DNA of 61,882 nucleotides, filler included, from Choristocarpus tenellus KU-1152 (Eukaryota; Protista; Phaeophyceae): NCBI GenBank assembly GCA_964200185.2. It is 11 parts of 11 records of this genome, joined end to end, with 100 filler letters (N's around TTAATTAATTAA, not from the genome) between each part and the next. Parts side by side here need not be neighbours in the genome. Positions count along the whole stretch, not along the records: positions 25,493 to 28,999 come from CAXNAD020019556.1; positions 29,100 to 40,934 come from CAXNAD020002111.1; positions 41,035 to 43,538 come from CAXNAD020027256.1; 8 more parts are not named here. The stretch is one strand, 5' to 3'. Positions 28,648 through 41,055 of the stretch are shown here, in pieces (positions within the stretch are counted from its first letter, which is position 1; each line of letters opens with the position of its first letter). The position numbers and the translations under genes were made by a program. Below the pieces are notes generated by a model. That model saw only the letters and a list, made by a program, of their open reading frames with translations. It was not told the DNA's origin and did no database searches.

Positions 28648-29129
28648 GTGATGTAGGGTTGTCCTATCAGACTAGTCGTAGTTGTAATAGGATAGAACAC
28701 TTGGGGGGGGGGGGGTGTGACATTGTCCGTTGTTATTATTATTGATATTTTTATTGATTGGTTTGTTGGTGGGCAAGAGCTTTTGGTTTTTGAGTTGCAC
28801 TTGTGGTGTTGATGTGCTAATGGTGCACCAAGACTAGTATTATGTTTACAGGTCAGTACACTTGTGAAGATGCTGCTTCCGTTGCCGCAGCTAATCTCGC
28901 AGACATAACCTTTTGTTTTGATACATCCATGTGTGTCTCTCCCTAATGTTCAGCATAGAAGTGTCCCAAATCTCAGTGTGCATGTAGGATCTTGTCTCCN
29001 NNNNNNNNNNNNNNNNNNNNNNNNNNNNNNNNNNNNNNNNNNNTTAATTAATTAANNNNNNNNNNNNNNNNNNNNNNNNNNNNNNNNNNNNNNNNNNNNG
29101 TACATCCTGGAAGGTGAGCATTGAGGGGC

Positions 29130-29622
29130 GCCTGTAACAGTTGCCCTTTACAACAGTTTGTAGGGTGTCAGATGTCCTTCTCTTATTGATTGATATTCCA
29201 CTCAGTGCTTAGCTCAAAGCTCAACTCAAAGTTTCATTCAAGGTAAAAGATAAAGACTGGAGGTAAAAGGGGTCAAGGTGTTTTCACCAAAAGCCCTCGA
29301 ATTATTTTCATTATCCACCCAATTTATTTGGTCTTCTATGCAACTGCTCTACACGTACTCCAATCATAAACCTTTATTCTGCTACTTCTTAGGGTCTTTG
29401 ACATTTCCTTCTGTAATGTTACGTATGCATTACGAATCTTACTCTGTATCTCCTACGAAATAAGCATTTATTCTGTAAGGCTACCTATGTGTTACTAATA
29501 TCATATATTGTTCGCACTTGTCAGAACTCGAGAAACAATCTTCGCACGATTCGCCTGTCACAAATGTTCATGTTTGCTAAAACATGATGAGAAGAAATGC
29601 TCGTGCTGTTCGCCTGTAACAG
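29130..29622 (+). repeat. Dispersed repeat family C (homologous to ~60160-61020)
   Basis: Collinear shared blocks: tgct.agctca, aaaag.gg..aaggtgtt, tcataaa.ctttattctgc.actt, atcttactctg.atct.cta, tgttcgc.c, attc.cctgt.aca. Confidence 0.65.
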
Positions 29623-29984
29623 AACTTACTTGTCGTTGCAGCAACGGTTGTGTCTGTCAGAAAAGTGTGAACAGGGTTTTAACTAGTGGGTGATGGATTA
29701 ACCATCCATACAGGAGAAGTTATGCAAGTGGCTGGAATGTTAACTGTTTTCCAGGAAATGTTATTTCTTCTCTGTCCCATTCCAACTTCGTTCCAAAAGC
29801 AGCCATGTTCGATCTTGGTTGCAATTCTGAGCTGCAATTTTTTTTTGTCTTAACACAATTCTCTTCCTGACATTCCCACAGTTTCATATTGGTCAAAACC
29901 ATGCGCCTATTCGTCTCACAATTTCTTCTCTCTCTGTGTTTTCTTCCACGCCCCAATTTATTTTAACATACCGGAATGGGAACA

Positions 29985-30316
29985 GAGTCAAAGTATCTTA
30001 GAGGGTAGAACCGCATCCGTTTGGCAGTCAAAATCCAATGTTGAAATTTGGATGTAATTTGGGTATCATGTTTGATAGGAAGTGTGAATCATTGGTTTCC
30101 CCCCTGACGCATCTGCAAAATGTCAGAGGGCATTATAATAAAAATAGGAAGTGTGAATATCCTTGCTCCAGACACACCTTTTCATAACATACACATTTTA
30201 CCTCCTCCAAAACATTTTGGAGGAGGTAAAATGTCATTAAAACCCCGTAGGGATTCAAGAGTCCCAAATAATGGAGAAACAGGGCAAAACTCGTACCCTC
30301 TAAGATACTTTCACTC
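29985..30316 (+). mobile_element. MITE family A carrying a retrotransposon 3' tag
   Basis: TIRs gagtcaaagtatcttagagggta / taccctctaagatactttcactc; flanks aaca/aaca. Confidence 0.92.
30090..30143 (+). mobile_element. 54-nt 5'-truncated non-LTR retrotransposon insertion with 15-bp TSD
   Basis: ATAGGAAGTGTGAAT at 30075-30089 and 30144-30158 brackets cattggtttcccccctgacgcatctgcaaaatgtcagagggcattataataaaa, which other MITE copies lack. Confidence 0.9.
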
Positions 30317-31500
30317 AACAGGCCTGTGCTTTCGGAAGAAGAGTGTGGCAGACAGTATATATTATTTTTTACTCATTCCCAAAGATAGATTGGGCGAACC
30401 CAAGCTGACTGACTGCTTGGCCATGTGCGTGTTCAACTTTGGTGTACAACTTCAATCCTGCAAACCATCCAATCACTACCTAATCCACCCGAAGACTTAT
30501 GATGAATTGGTGGATGCTGACACATTATTAGGAGATGCATCTAGATCGGGTGTGGAACTTGGGAACCGATCCTACTACTACTGGAGTGTCATGATCTCCA
30601 TGCTAGCGGTAGAAAACCTACCATCGCTGCATGTGACCGATCTACGACTTTCAGACCTTGAGCATCTCCAGAAACTGGTTAATGATTAGCAGGCAGAGCT
30701 CAATATTATGTTGCTGAGTAGTAAATAAGCATTTCCACCACCTTCTACTCATGAAGTCCCACCAAAACAGGACAAGACCGTGAAGAGACGATCGTCGATC
30801 GTGCGCAGACACCCAGAACTCTTCTGCGAATTGTCAGGTTGTGGGGCCAAGTCTCACAAGAGATACAGCACTGACATATATTTTTATCCCCAATAACGCG
30901 AATTTCAAACCTGACTTCCAACCCCACGCATACCCCCCAATGAGATCATGCATCAATTTGTCGCTGCACTCACAGCCACCTTGTCAGCACAGGGCTCGGG
31001 TGGGGAGTCTACCCCCAAAAGGTAATGCTACCGATGCGGCTTTAGTGGGCGAAGGGAAAGGCAACACACATGAATAGAGGTGGCCACCAGATTTGGTTCC
31101 CTCCCCCTTTGTTGAGTCAGATTCAGAGTTTGTTCATAGGGATGAAATTTCGGGATGTGTTGACCCATTGGGTTCTTGTACGGTATTGAACAATATCCTT
31201 GCATTCCCCTTTCTCACACTGTAAAAAAGATTGCTCGCCTTGATCTAGACCTGCTCATCCTGTCCCACTGGGCACCAACTTCAAGTTTCCCTTTTACGTT
31301 CTGAACCACCTATCACCCATTTCCTTTAAGTTCTCTCCGCCTCCTCTAACTCTCAGTTCTTAATTCTTCCTCCACCTTATTGTTTTCATTTTACCCCAAT
31401 CATCTTTGTGTTTGATACACGAATTCCTCCCAGAGTTCTCCCGCCTTCAAAAAGTTGATATTTTATATCTTTAGGGCTAATAACGACATGTATACATATA

Positions 31501-31594
31501 TTTTATTATTATGCCCTCTGACATTTTATATATATATATAGTTTTAATTGTTTTCCCCCCTGACACATCTACTTCAGAGGGCATAATAGTAAAA
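31501..31594. repeat. Inverted pair of non-LTR 3' tags
   Basis: ttattattatgccctctgacatttt (minus) and ttttcccccctgacacatct...cagagggcataatagtaaaa (plus), separated by (TA)n. Confidence 0.75.
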
Positions 31595-32223
31595 CACTTC
31601 TTTATCTTTCCACAGTACTGCTTATCTACTTGAAGAAACATAAATTCTTCACCAGTTAGGCTCATGTTGATGGGTCTAAAGTTTTTTCCTCAGAGATATC
31701 TTCATGCTGACCTTTGCGAAGAGAAGGGTGAGAACCGATATCTCTTGGAAAGAGATGGGAGAGTTCACTTGCAAGTTCGCCGACCAGGTCCTCCACAAAC
31801 AATTTGTTCTGTGGTTCTAGGTGCCACCTTGCTCATTGGATGATCTGGTTTGAGCCAATGGTTGAATAGAGGAAGGCAACCTGGTATTGTTGGGGTATCG
31901 CACCCCACAGCGTTTCCTACTCTTCATGCTGGCTCGGGAGATATCCTTTTCACGTCGGTCGCCCCCTTCCTCCTCAATTCGAAAGTAGGAGATGTTGTCA
32001 TAAAGGGTAATCGTAGTCCATCAAGTTCTCTACACAACCGTAGTCACTTGTCGTCGAAGTCAGAGTGCATGATATAGTACATGAATGGCCATACAACACA
32101 CACTTCGTCGCTTGCCGGGGCTCCAAAAACCATTTAACCAAGGACAGCTCTCAGCGTGATTGACAGTGTCTAACTCAGCCCTTGCCAATTGATGTCCCTC
32201 TCGTGACAATTTGGTCGGCTTAG

Positions 32224-35200
32224 CGTTCGGAATTCATACTATACTGATGCTTCTGAAAAGCCAGGAAAGGACTACCCTTGGCTGAAAGACAAGGATATTG
32301 TGGAGCCTTACCGTCCTACAGTGCTGAGTGTCACCGACCCATTGGAGGGTCACTTGTATTTGTGGGAAATCAGGAAGACTGTATCTGAGGAGGTAAATTT
32401 GAGCAACAGAGGAAATGATGAAGAATCGTCCACCCTCAAACCTGGTCGTGGTGCAGCCCAGACAAGCGACAAAGAGGTCACAGGGTGGAGCGATGCGATG
32501 CTTGGGTCTGTTGACAAGGTGCTTTCTGGTTCGGAAGTGCTGTTCAACTTTACCCACGTCGGATGGTACACTGTTGCCCTCAGGTACTTAAAAAATTCTT
32601 GTTTTAGCATACTAGTACGGATGTAGTTTGCTCGGTTTCTCGTGCCTGGCGCCTTCCTTGCCCTGGATCTTGTAGATTCCATGGTGACTTTTATTCTGGC
32701 GGTTGGATGGATGCGAACATCGATGGGCGTGGGTTGTCCCAGTGGGCATAAGAACAGCTAATTTAGCGAAAGCACTGACTCCCTCTAGACGCCGTGCATC
32801 CTCTATAATGGTTGCACTGCCATTACTCGCCTGAGGTACATACCTCTTGTTTTACTTTTTATATCATGCACTGGGTGTCCTTACTGCTTTATCACTGGTA
32901 ATGTGTGATTTATTTCTTCAAACATATGTAGTGAGGTGACCCCGGATGGAGACGTGGCCCGGTGTGCAAAGGTGAAGGTTGCCTGCAGATATGTTAGGCG
33001 TGAATTGGGTAAACTGACTGTTCAGGACCAAGAGGCGTTCTTGGATGCAATGCAGGTGCGAAGTATGGCGACACACTCTATTGGACGACATTTGGTCATG
33101 CTACTCAGTTGAGACTTGCTTGGCTGTTACAAAGTTTGTCAAAGGATGATCCATGGTGCTAACAATTTTACTCAAGTTAGTTTCGAACGTTTGAGGTGGA
33201 GTCCATTACAGATTCAAGGAATCATCCTCTGGCTTGGCTAAGAAGTGTGCTTTAGGATATGTGGTGATTGCCTTGCAGAAGCCTTGATAATTTGAAGTGG
33301 ATTTCACTATATATCATTTATCTATTGCTACACACAGCTTTGCTGATTGCAAGATTTATTTTGTGAATTGGAGCTAGGGTTAGCCATGGAAGGTTTCTGC
33401 AATGCTGAGCCTCTCATCTGTTTGATTTTCAACTTTCCATGTGACAAAGAAATGTCTTCAATACCCGTAGACTTTTCTTGTTCCAATGTCTAGGCCTCAA
33501 CCCATCCAAGCTATTCCTGCTCAAATGTTGCCATCTAGAACAAGCATGCAGATAGCAGATACCACAGTCCATGCAATAGTTACTGTTTATTGTGAGTGCC
33601 CATCTCCACATTATTTCTGAGGGCAATCTTCCTCAAGATGAATTTTGAGTGTGTGCTTGTCCAATTTTCAGGCAGTACAGTCCACTTTTGCATTCCAACA
33701 AGTACAGCTTTGTCTCCATGTCAAATCAAGGACACCTCCAACAACTACATCAATTCCAAACCAAGAACGTGACTCTTCAGAGTCCTGTAGAACCAAAATG
33801 CGTCAGTTTCTGGACCCCAACAAACTACTGGCAGGCTGTTCATTCACTTCTACCACTGTTGTTCTGGACAGTCTGCAAAAGCAGCAACATTGGCAGGAGA
33901 GCTCTTAAAGGGTTAGGGTGTCAAAGGGCGTAATCAGTTGCAATAGGACTGGTGGCTGCCACACAAAATACAAACACTGCTCTGGCAGTTGTGATGTCTG
34001 GTGTAGTCATGACACAAGGCACAGCCCCCTCCTGTTGCTGGTGCTGCCACTGCATCTATTTTAGGACTTAGCTGTAGTGAGAGATTAGACCAAGAGCTCA
34101 ACCTCTGTTGTATCAGTGCATAGCTTAGGTCAGCGTGTGGACCATATATGGATATTTTTTTATTTCTTGTTCTTAATGTTGTTGTGTGTTGTGTGTTGTG
34201 CAGATTTGACGGATGCTACAAAATGTAACACCTCATAATACACCATTTCAAGAGGCAGTGCACAGCAGTGAATACGTTGTAGGAAGAATAATGGGTTAGG
34301 GTTAGGGTAGAAATAAATGTTTACTCTAAATGTTGAGTCATCTTGAAATTCTTCTTATTGATACAGCACAAATGGTTACTGGTTCCCCTTTGTTCAGATC
34401 CTGTATGAAACACCCCTAGAGGAAGGGCAAAGTGTTTATGGAGAGGAGTACTTGGACCTTTTGTCACTTTACAAGATTCACTTCCGTGGGGCGTCAGACA
34501 AGAATTGTGACCGGTGGGTGTACCTCTTCTTGTCACAGCAAATAGAACCTGTACCTCTATTCTTTTGGTTGGAGTAGGATCGAGATACATCAAGATCAAG
34601 AAAAATATTTGAGGCAAATGGGATCATGGTCCTGATAGCAACATTTAGACCAAATACCATAGTCAGCTTGTCTACTTGAGTTGATAGGTTGCATCTCTCG
34701 TGCTCTCAGTTAAAGTCATTAAATGTATTATTGTATACTCACTGGCTAGCTTTGTTTGTCTTGTATTCTTAGAACTTGCTGTTCTGTTGCTGGAAATTTC
34801 TCAAGTAAATTGTGTGGATTCTGTGTAGTGGGCCAAGATAGAATGAGATTTCCTTTAATACAAACAATCATGCTCAGGAAAGCAGGATCCAGAAAAGGGT
34901 GTACTGGGCAGTTTAAAAGCACAAAGGGAGGTTTTTTCAAGGTGATCATTGTCAGATTGGCAGCATCTGAGAGGTTATTGGGGGGAAGGGGGGAGTAGCT
35001 GGAATATCTTCATCGTGGTTGCCAGGGCAATGCTACATATTGTAAACTTCACTCGTGGAATAATGTTCTATCTGGTGATAGAGATCATGGTGTGGTCAGA
35101 CAACAGTGTAGTGTCGTGAATTGAGAGAGGAATGCCTTAGTCACATGTTGCATTCGTGACAATTATGGGAGTTAAGAGTTTATGAGGCATAGGTTGGTGC

Positions 35201-38200
35201 CTTAGTATCAATAATTGCATTCTGTGTCCACGCCATATGTGGTGATTCAATTGACCCTTGGCTTGGATGCATGAGTGCCCAGGGCATTTGCGATCACTAG
35301 GGGTCAAGGTTTTGACGATGGGGCTAGGTCTAGGGTTAGGGTTACTTCTGCAGGAACAACAGTAGGAAGAGTTGGAGCTATTCTAGGGAATGATGACAAG
35401 AGTTGGAATAGTATCTGGTGAGGGTGACATCTCACTAGGAATACAGCAGCATTTCTGACTAGGGAGTGTTTCAATTACAGCAGCAAGGCCTTCTTCTGGC
35501 ATATCTTGTTTTCCTTAGGGCCCAGGGCTTTGACTCCAGTGGTTGCCACCAACATTATGAAGGCAGATATGGTGAGAGCACAGAACAATTGATCATCCAT
35601 GGAACATCAGTGAGTGCAGAGCAAACACTGGTCACCGTTCTTTTTTTTTGTGTTGGTATTTACTGCTTCATCGACTTGCAATCAATCCTCTAACAAATGT
35701 TGTTGCTAATTTCAGAGATGCTGGAGGAGGCAATGGGGATCTGGACACCAGAGTGGTTTGGTGGTGTGAACCTTGATGAGGATATGGTAGTGACAGATGG
35801 ATGATGGGCGTACACACCGGTGAGATGAGTCCACTCAGCATGTTGAAGTTGAAGTTGAAGTTGAATGCGTTGGCTCAGTGAACCATCAAGAGCTTGACTG
35901 CCAGCTAACACAGGTCACTAGTAATGGGTCATGCCTTGGGTTGTTAAGTTGACAATGATTGTGGTATATCCTTACCAGACCAGCTTGAATCAATTTATCA
36001 ACCAACAAAACCTATGGATCAAGTCAATTGTTTAATGTCATGTTTCCAGATTCAAATGGCATTAAATTTTCATACAAGAGTATGTTGCTAGAAAATCTCT
36101 GTTGTTATGGAGGTTTTGCCTTACCACAGTACCTATGTTCTTACCCTAGGAAGTACTCTACCACCATGTGATAACCCACTCTGCCAGAGTCTTCTTATGT
36201 GTTTATTCATCCATTTGTCGGAAATACTATTTCACCCTACCAAAACCCTAAACCTAAGCTCACCCCAACCCTAAATAATGGAAAAATGTGTAATATACAT
36301 CAATTCGTAAGGCGGTCTCCAGCTTTCGCATTTTTAAATTTATTACTATAATCTATGTTACCCTAACCCTATCAATAGTATGAAAATGGTCTGAGCATTA
36401 CAGTGTTCAAGGTATCTAGAATTGTTATCAATACTACTATTAGAAGGGAGATTTTTGGGGCTGCTTTGTTTTGTCAGTAACAGTTAGTAAGGGGAGCACA
36501 TTAGGCCTTTTGGGGTTCCTACTCATCATGTGAGAAAGTGGAATAGGTGTGAGGGAAGATGTGTCAGACTCCACCTACGCAATTGATCTGTTGTCACTAG
36601 CTTAGGCGGCATGACAAGCCTTGGTAGCACTAGCTTTTATGCCATCGCCAACCACTTTTTTTTTTCTTTTCTCTATAAAACATTGTTTCAGGCACACTTG
36701 ACAGCCTCTGCTGAACTCCCCTACCCCCCGACCACCAACTGCATACTATTGGTTCGCTTCCCGTCATTAAATTAATTGCTCTCCCTATGCCCTGACCCAC
36801 CCAAATATTTCCACCACGTAAGTACTCTTTATATTGCAAGACCCACATTTTTTTTTCATAGCTACTTGTGTGCCTGTTCGTTTTCTTAGAATCAATATGC
36901 GCCTGGCAATCTCAGTATATTTTCAGTATCTCACGTCCTTTTCAGTTGATTGCTTCCTTACTTCTACATAACATGCATAATGTGTGTATTCACTACACCT
37001 TTCTGGCGGTTGCTGGGAGTATTTTTGTAATTGAGTTCAAGTGTATCATAGGGTGTAAAGTGGGTATTGGATATGTCTTGGGTTAGGGTTAGGAAAGGAC
37101 CTCTTCATCTGCTCTCGGTGTGCTGGGAGGACCACTGCCAAACATGTCCTTTGTATGGACTCACTAATGTACTGCTCTGCCCTAGTCTTCCTCTTGGTAC
37201 CTGTGTCACATCAATACATTGAAATCTGTTACCCGATTGGATTACCATGATAGTTTGATAGTGGTGATTGGACAAGCAAGGGTGTGTCATTACATCCCTG
37301 ACGCTAAGCTGCTGTAACCCTTGCCCCTGCTGCTGTGCAGATACCTATGATGACTGAGGAGGACATCCTAAGTTCGACTGAGAGCAATATCTACGGTCTC
37401 ATGCGATCACCTTGGAATACTAACAATGTGCCGTGAGTGACCCCAACAACAACCCTAGCCCTTTGTGTTGACATATATGCCCAGTTATATGCGCTCTGCA
37501 GTTGAGAATGGCACATGCTTACAAAGCTATTACATTACTCTCAAGCTTTAACAAAGCCTTACTCCTTTGGTATGTGACCAAAGAGAAACCAAATAGATAC
37601 ACTTGTGGATGGGAGTCGAATGATCTTAGAGACTAGAGTTGCATCCGTTTGGGGGCCAAAATCCAATTTTGCGATTTTGATGAAATTTTGGCTATCATGT
37701 TTGTTAGGAAGTGTCAATATCCTTGTTCCAGACACACATTTTCATGACGTATACAATTTACCTAATCCAAAACATTTCTGAGTACGAAAATGTCATTAAA
37801 ACCAGTGGGAAGCAAAGCCCCAAACAGACAAACAAGGAAACTCTTGTACCCTCTAAGATACTTTCACTCATGGCACATGTATTTTTGTGGCAATCTCTGG
37901 AGTGAAGTTTGGCAGTGCTCTCAGCTAACCAAAGGGGTGAGCAGTTTTGGTGTGCAGCTGTTGACCGTACCATTCTCTAACCTACTTACAGGATACTGCT
38001 ATAGCCATTTGTCCATCTTCTACCAAGGCATAAGTACACATTCTAGTCAAAAGGTAAAGGTTTGTTACTGCCAAGGTGCTAATTTGATTGACGTATCAAT
38101 GGAGCTCTTCTATTGGTTTTCATGTTTCTTTTCGTAACATGTCCGATAACCCTAACCCTCAAAAGGTATTAAATATTGTCTACTTCAAAGTGACTACCAG

Positions 38201-40622
38201 TAATATTGTACTCCTGGTACTAGCCTTGGTGGATGCTATTTTTCCATCCCAATATGTATGGTCAGGTTGCAGGTTCACAGCCTATAGACCACCTACCTTG
38301 ATGTCGTTTTGTACATATACTCCTCTCCTCAAATCGGTACATCTACCATAGAGGAAAACCACTGAACTATCTCCTTAATACAACCCCCCTTCGTCATCCA
38401 AACATCCTCAATTCTGAATCCCTTCAGATGTCACACACACGACTTACGCCATACTAATCAACTTGACACTCTTAGATACCTGACACGAGCTTTGGGGAAG
38501 ATGTGTGGCATTGAGGAGAACCTTTTCTCGTGGCCGTCGTGTGAGGACCATTATGACCTGCTCATGGACAATGATAACCTCTACGACTTCACTTGGGGTT
38601 CCATGTATGAACCTCATGGAGCGGTTCATAGCTGGATTGGGGGAGACTTTGGATGTGCAAAGATGTAAGTGACTAATCAGTCAAAAGTGGTGGTTCCCCC
38701 GGTTTCATTCCAGCAGGAGGACCACAGTCTCTTCCATGAGAGTATGGTTTAGGATCAGGAAGAAGCCAGGCCATGAGAAGAGAAGAGAGAGAGCTATTGT
38801 CCAATGTGTTGCCGTACAATCCATTACTTGCTGGTATTTCACCACTGACTCTGCAGTCATGATTGTTGTGATTTATTTTTTTTACTATTTTCTCATTTGG
38901 CCATGGAACGACCTGGGTAGATCATAGGTGCAATCGTTTGCCTTTTGGAATACAAGTTACTGATACACAATATTGCTGCATGCTCCTGTGGCACTACACC
39001 TAGCTGATGTTATGTTCCAATTATATTCAAGGTATGACACAATTGAAGAGCTTGTGGGAGAGCGCCTGGCACTAGACTTGCGCCCCCTGGCTTCTATGCA
39101 TCGTAAGAATGCATGGCGGTATGACATCTTCAAGTGCAGAGGAACTGGTGAGCAGTCATACTCCTCTGCCCGATATTTTCCAATTTTTTTTCTCAAACAT
39201 TAATTATTTTACTTTCCAAAGCATCATGTACTCCACAATAGTGCATACCATTTTATTTGTTGCAGCTGATGCTATATTGAAGGACATACATTTGTAGAGA
39301 CAATCGTCCCTTTTTTTTTGTTGAACTAAACGGTTGGTAACCAGTTTTTTCTTCTTTCACAATTGACCCATAGGGTTAGGGTTATTTCTACGGATGAAGT
39401 ACTGAGTTTGACTTGAGAACCTTGGTTCCTCAGTTGTTTGAAGAGATGTCGACTCAATTCAGAGGGTATCCCATAGGAAATTGTAAAAATAGGCGGATTT
39501 CGGATGTACTTGTCAGCATCCCTAACCCTAAAGTGTAACTAACTTTGGGTACCTCTCGCTTACTTTGACTCTTAGGGTTAGGGAGAGAAGTACTAATAGT
39601 TGTTAAAGTTGTTTGCACACACTGATACTCTGTTACAGGAGAGTAGTTGGAAAGCTTTTTCTGGTTGCGAAACGTACATATTTTTTATTCAAGATTTTGT
39701 GCTTTACTACTTGTGCAATAGCAACTAGGGTGACTGGACCGAACCTGAGCAGCTGCGAGACAGAATGTGGTGTGCAGCAGTGGCACGTGCGTCAGTATCA
39801 CGTTCTGCTTAGGGTAAGGGTTAGCGAGATCAGAAGGGTGTACAAGAATCATCTCTTATCCCCACCTGGTTCACTCTCTTGTTAAAGACGTCCGGTAGAG
39901 AGGGGAAATTGGTTCACGTACTTTGTTGGACTCATTGACAGAATGTCCTTTGCTTGCCTCCTTTGCTTGTGTTGTACTCCTGAGACCTTGGATTAGGACC
40001 TATGGGTGATTGTGGTTTCTGTATACCTAACCCTAACCCTCATGAGCGTAAATATCAGCCAATACGCTCACCCCAAATACCCAGGGACATCCTCACACCT
40101 CCCACTTGCCAACACCTTCTATTTCCTTTTACCAATAGTGCAAAATCCTGGCGGTGGGTCATGGTCTTCACACAGTGACACAGATCCCAGCATAGTTCTG
40201 ACTAGATTATCATTGTTCCTTCAATTTGTTGGATTTTAAGTGATGATGCGAATCTTACGTCAACTATTGCAATCAACACTATTTTTGAAGCACCAGCAAT
40301 AAACAGCAGTGTTTATTCTGGACACCTTCAGACATTTCATACCCCAAAAATCAATATGTTTGCGCACAGCATCATCTAGCATATAATCTGTGTAGTATAC
40401 TTCAAAAATATATATTTTAGATTCTTCACTCTTTTTTTGTCCATGGTCTTCCCTCTTCTGTTATTGGTTTATAGCGGGATTGGAGATTCCACAGGAGGAA
40501 GTGATGACTGGCAACAACGACAAAGCTGTGTGTGGTTGCCTGGACTATGATCTGTCCAAGGACGAGGACGTGCTGGAGCTGGTAAAAACATTTGTGTTTC
40601 TTGAAGATATGCTACATCATAT
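32224..40622 (+). pseudogene. Tyrosinase-like (type-3 copper) gene, probably disabled; partial
   Basis: Exons ~32224-32583, 32932-33055, 35716-35819, 37341-37432, 38476-38664, 39032-39147, 40475-~40622. Motifs CRYVRRELGKLTVQDQEAFLDAM, PEWFG, NIYGLMRSPWN and CuB-type PHGAVHSWIGG. In-frame TGA at 35802-35804; CuA exons not found. Confidence 0.8.
37613..37869 (+). mobile_element. MITE family A (intronic)
   Basis: TIRs gagtcgaatgatcttagag / ctctaagatactttcactc; flanks atgg/atgg. Confidence 0.9.
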
Positions 40623-40913
40623 GTGAGCAACTTTCCTAAAAATAAAAGTGGCGTTTCCCTTCCCTCAGCACAACTTTTACAGAACTGTATTCTTAGTGTG
40701 TGCTGAGAAGTACTTGTAGCACTCTTGTGAGGTTTTGGGTTGAAGTGAAGTTGAAGTGAAGTTTGTCCACTTCCCTACGTCATAATTAACCTGACGCTTG
40801 ATTCCCTCAGATGACAGGGAAATGGTGATGTAATGGTTCAAGATCACTTTTTCTGGACTCTAGACAAGCCTTGTGCAGTATGTCTGTGCAGTTCCATGCT
40901 GTGATTCTGTGTT

Positions 40914-40934
40914 GGATCAAAGTATCTGGGGGGG
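40914..40934 (+). mobile_element. MITE family B TIR at contig end
   Basis: ggatcaaagtatctggggggg immediately before the linker. Confidence 0.7.
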
Positions 40935-41034
40935 NNNNNNNNNNNNNNNNNNNNNNNNNNNNNNNNNNNNNNNNNNNNTTAATTAATTAANNNNNNNNNN
41001 NNNNNNNNNNNNNNNNNNNNNNNNNNNNNNNNNN

Positions 41035-41055
41035 CCCCCCCAGATGCTTTGACCC
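41035..41055 (+). mobile_element. MITE family B TIR at contig start
   Basis: cccccccagatgctttgaccc. Confidence 0.7.

Noticed and set aside
30120-30689. 189-aa ORF; also recurring LYPLRYF/PSKIL peptides in ORFs at 8068, 17523, 37790, 42122, 42735, 52716, 53871
   Set aside because: These are translations through MITE family A copies, not a protein family.
35802-35804. Selenocysteine codon in the tyrosinase-like gene
   Set aside because: The position corresponds to Arg rather than Cys; CGA>TGA decay is the simpler explanation.
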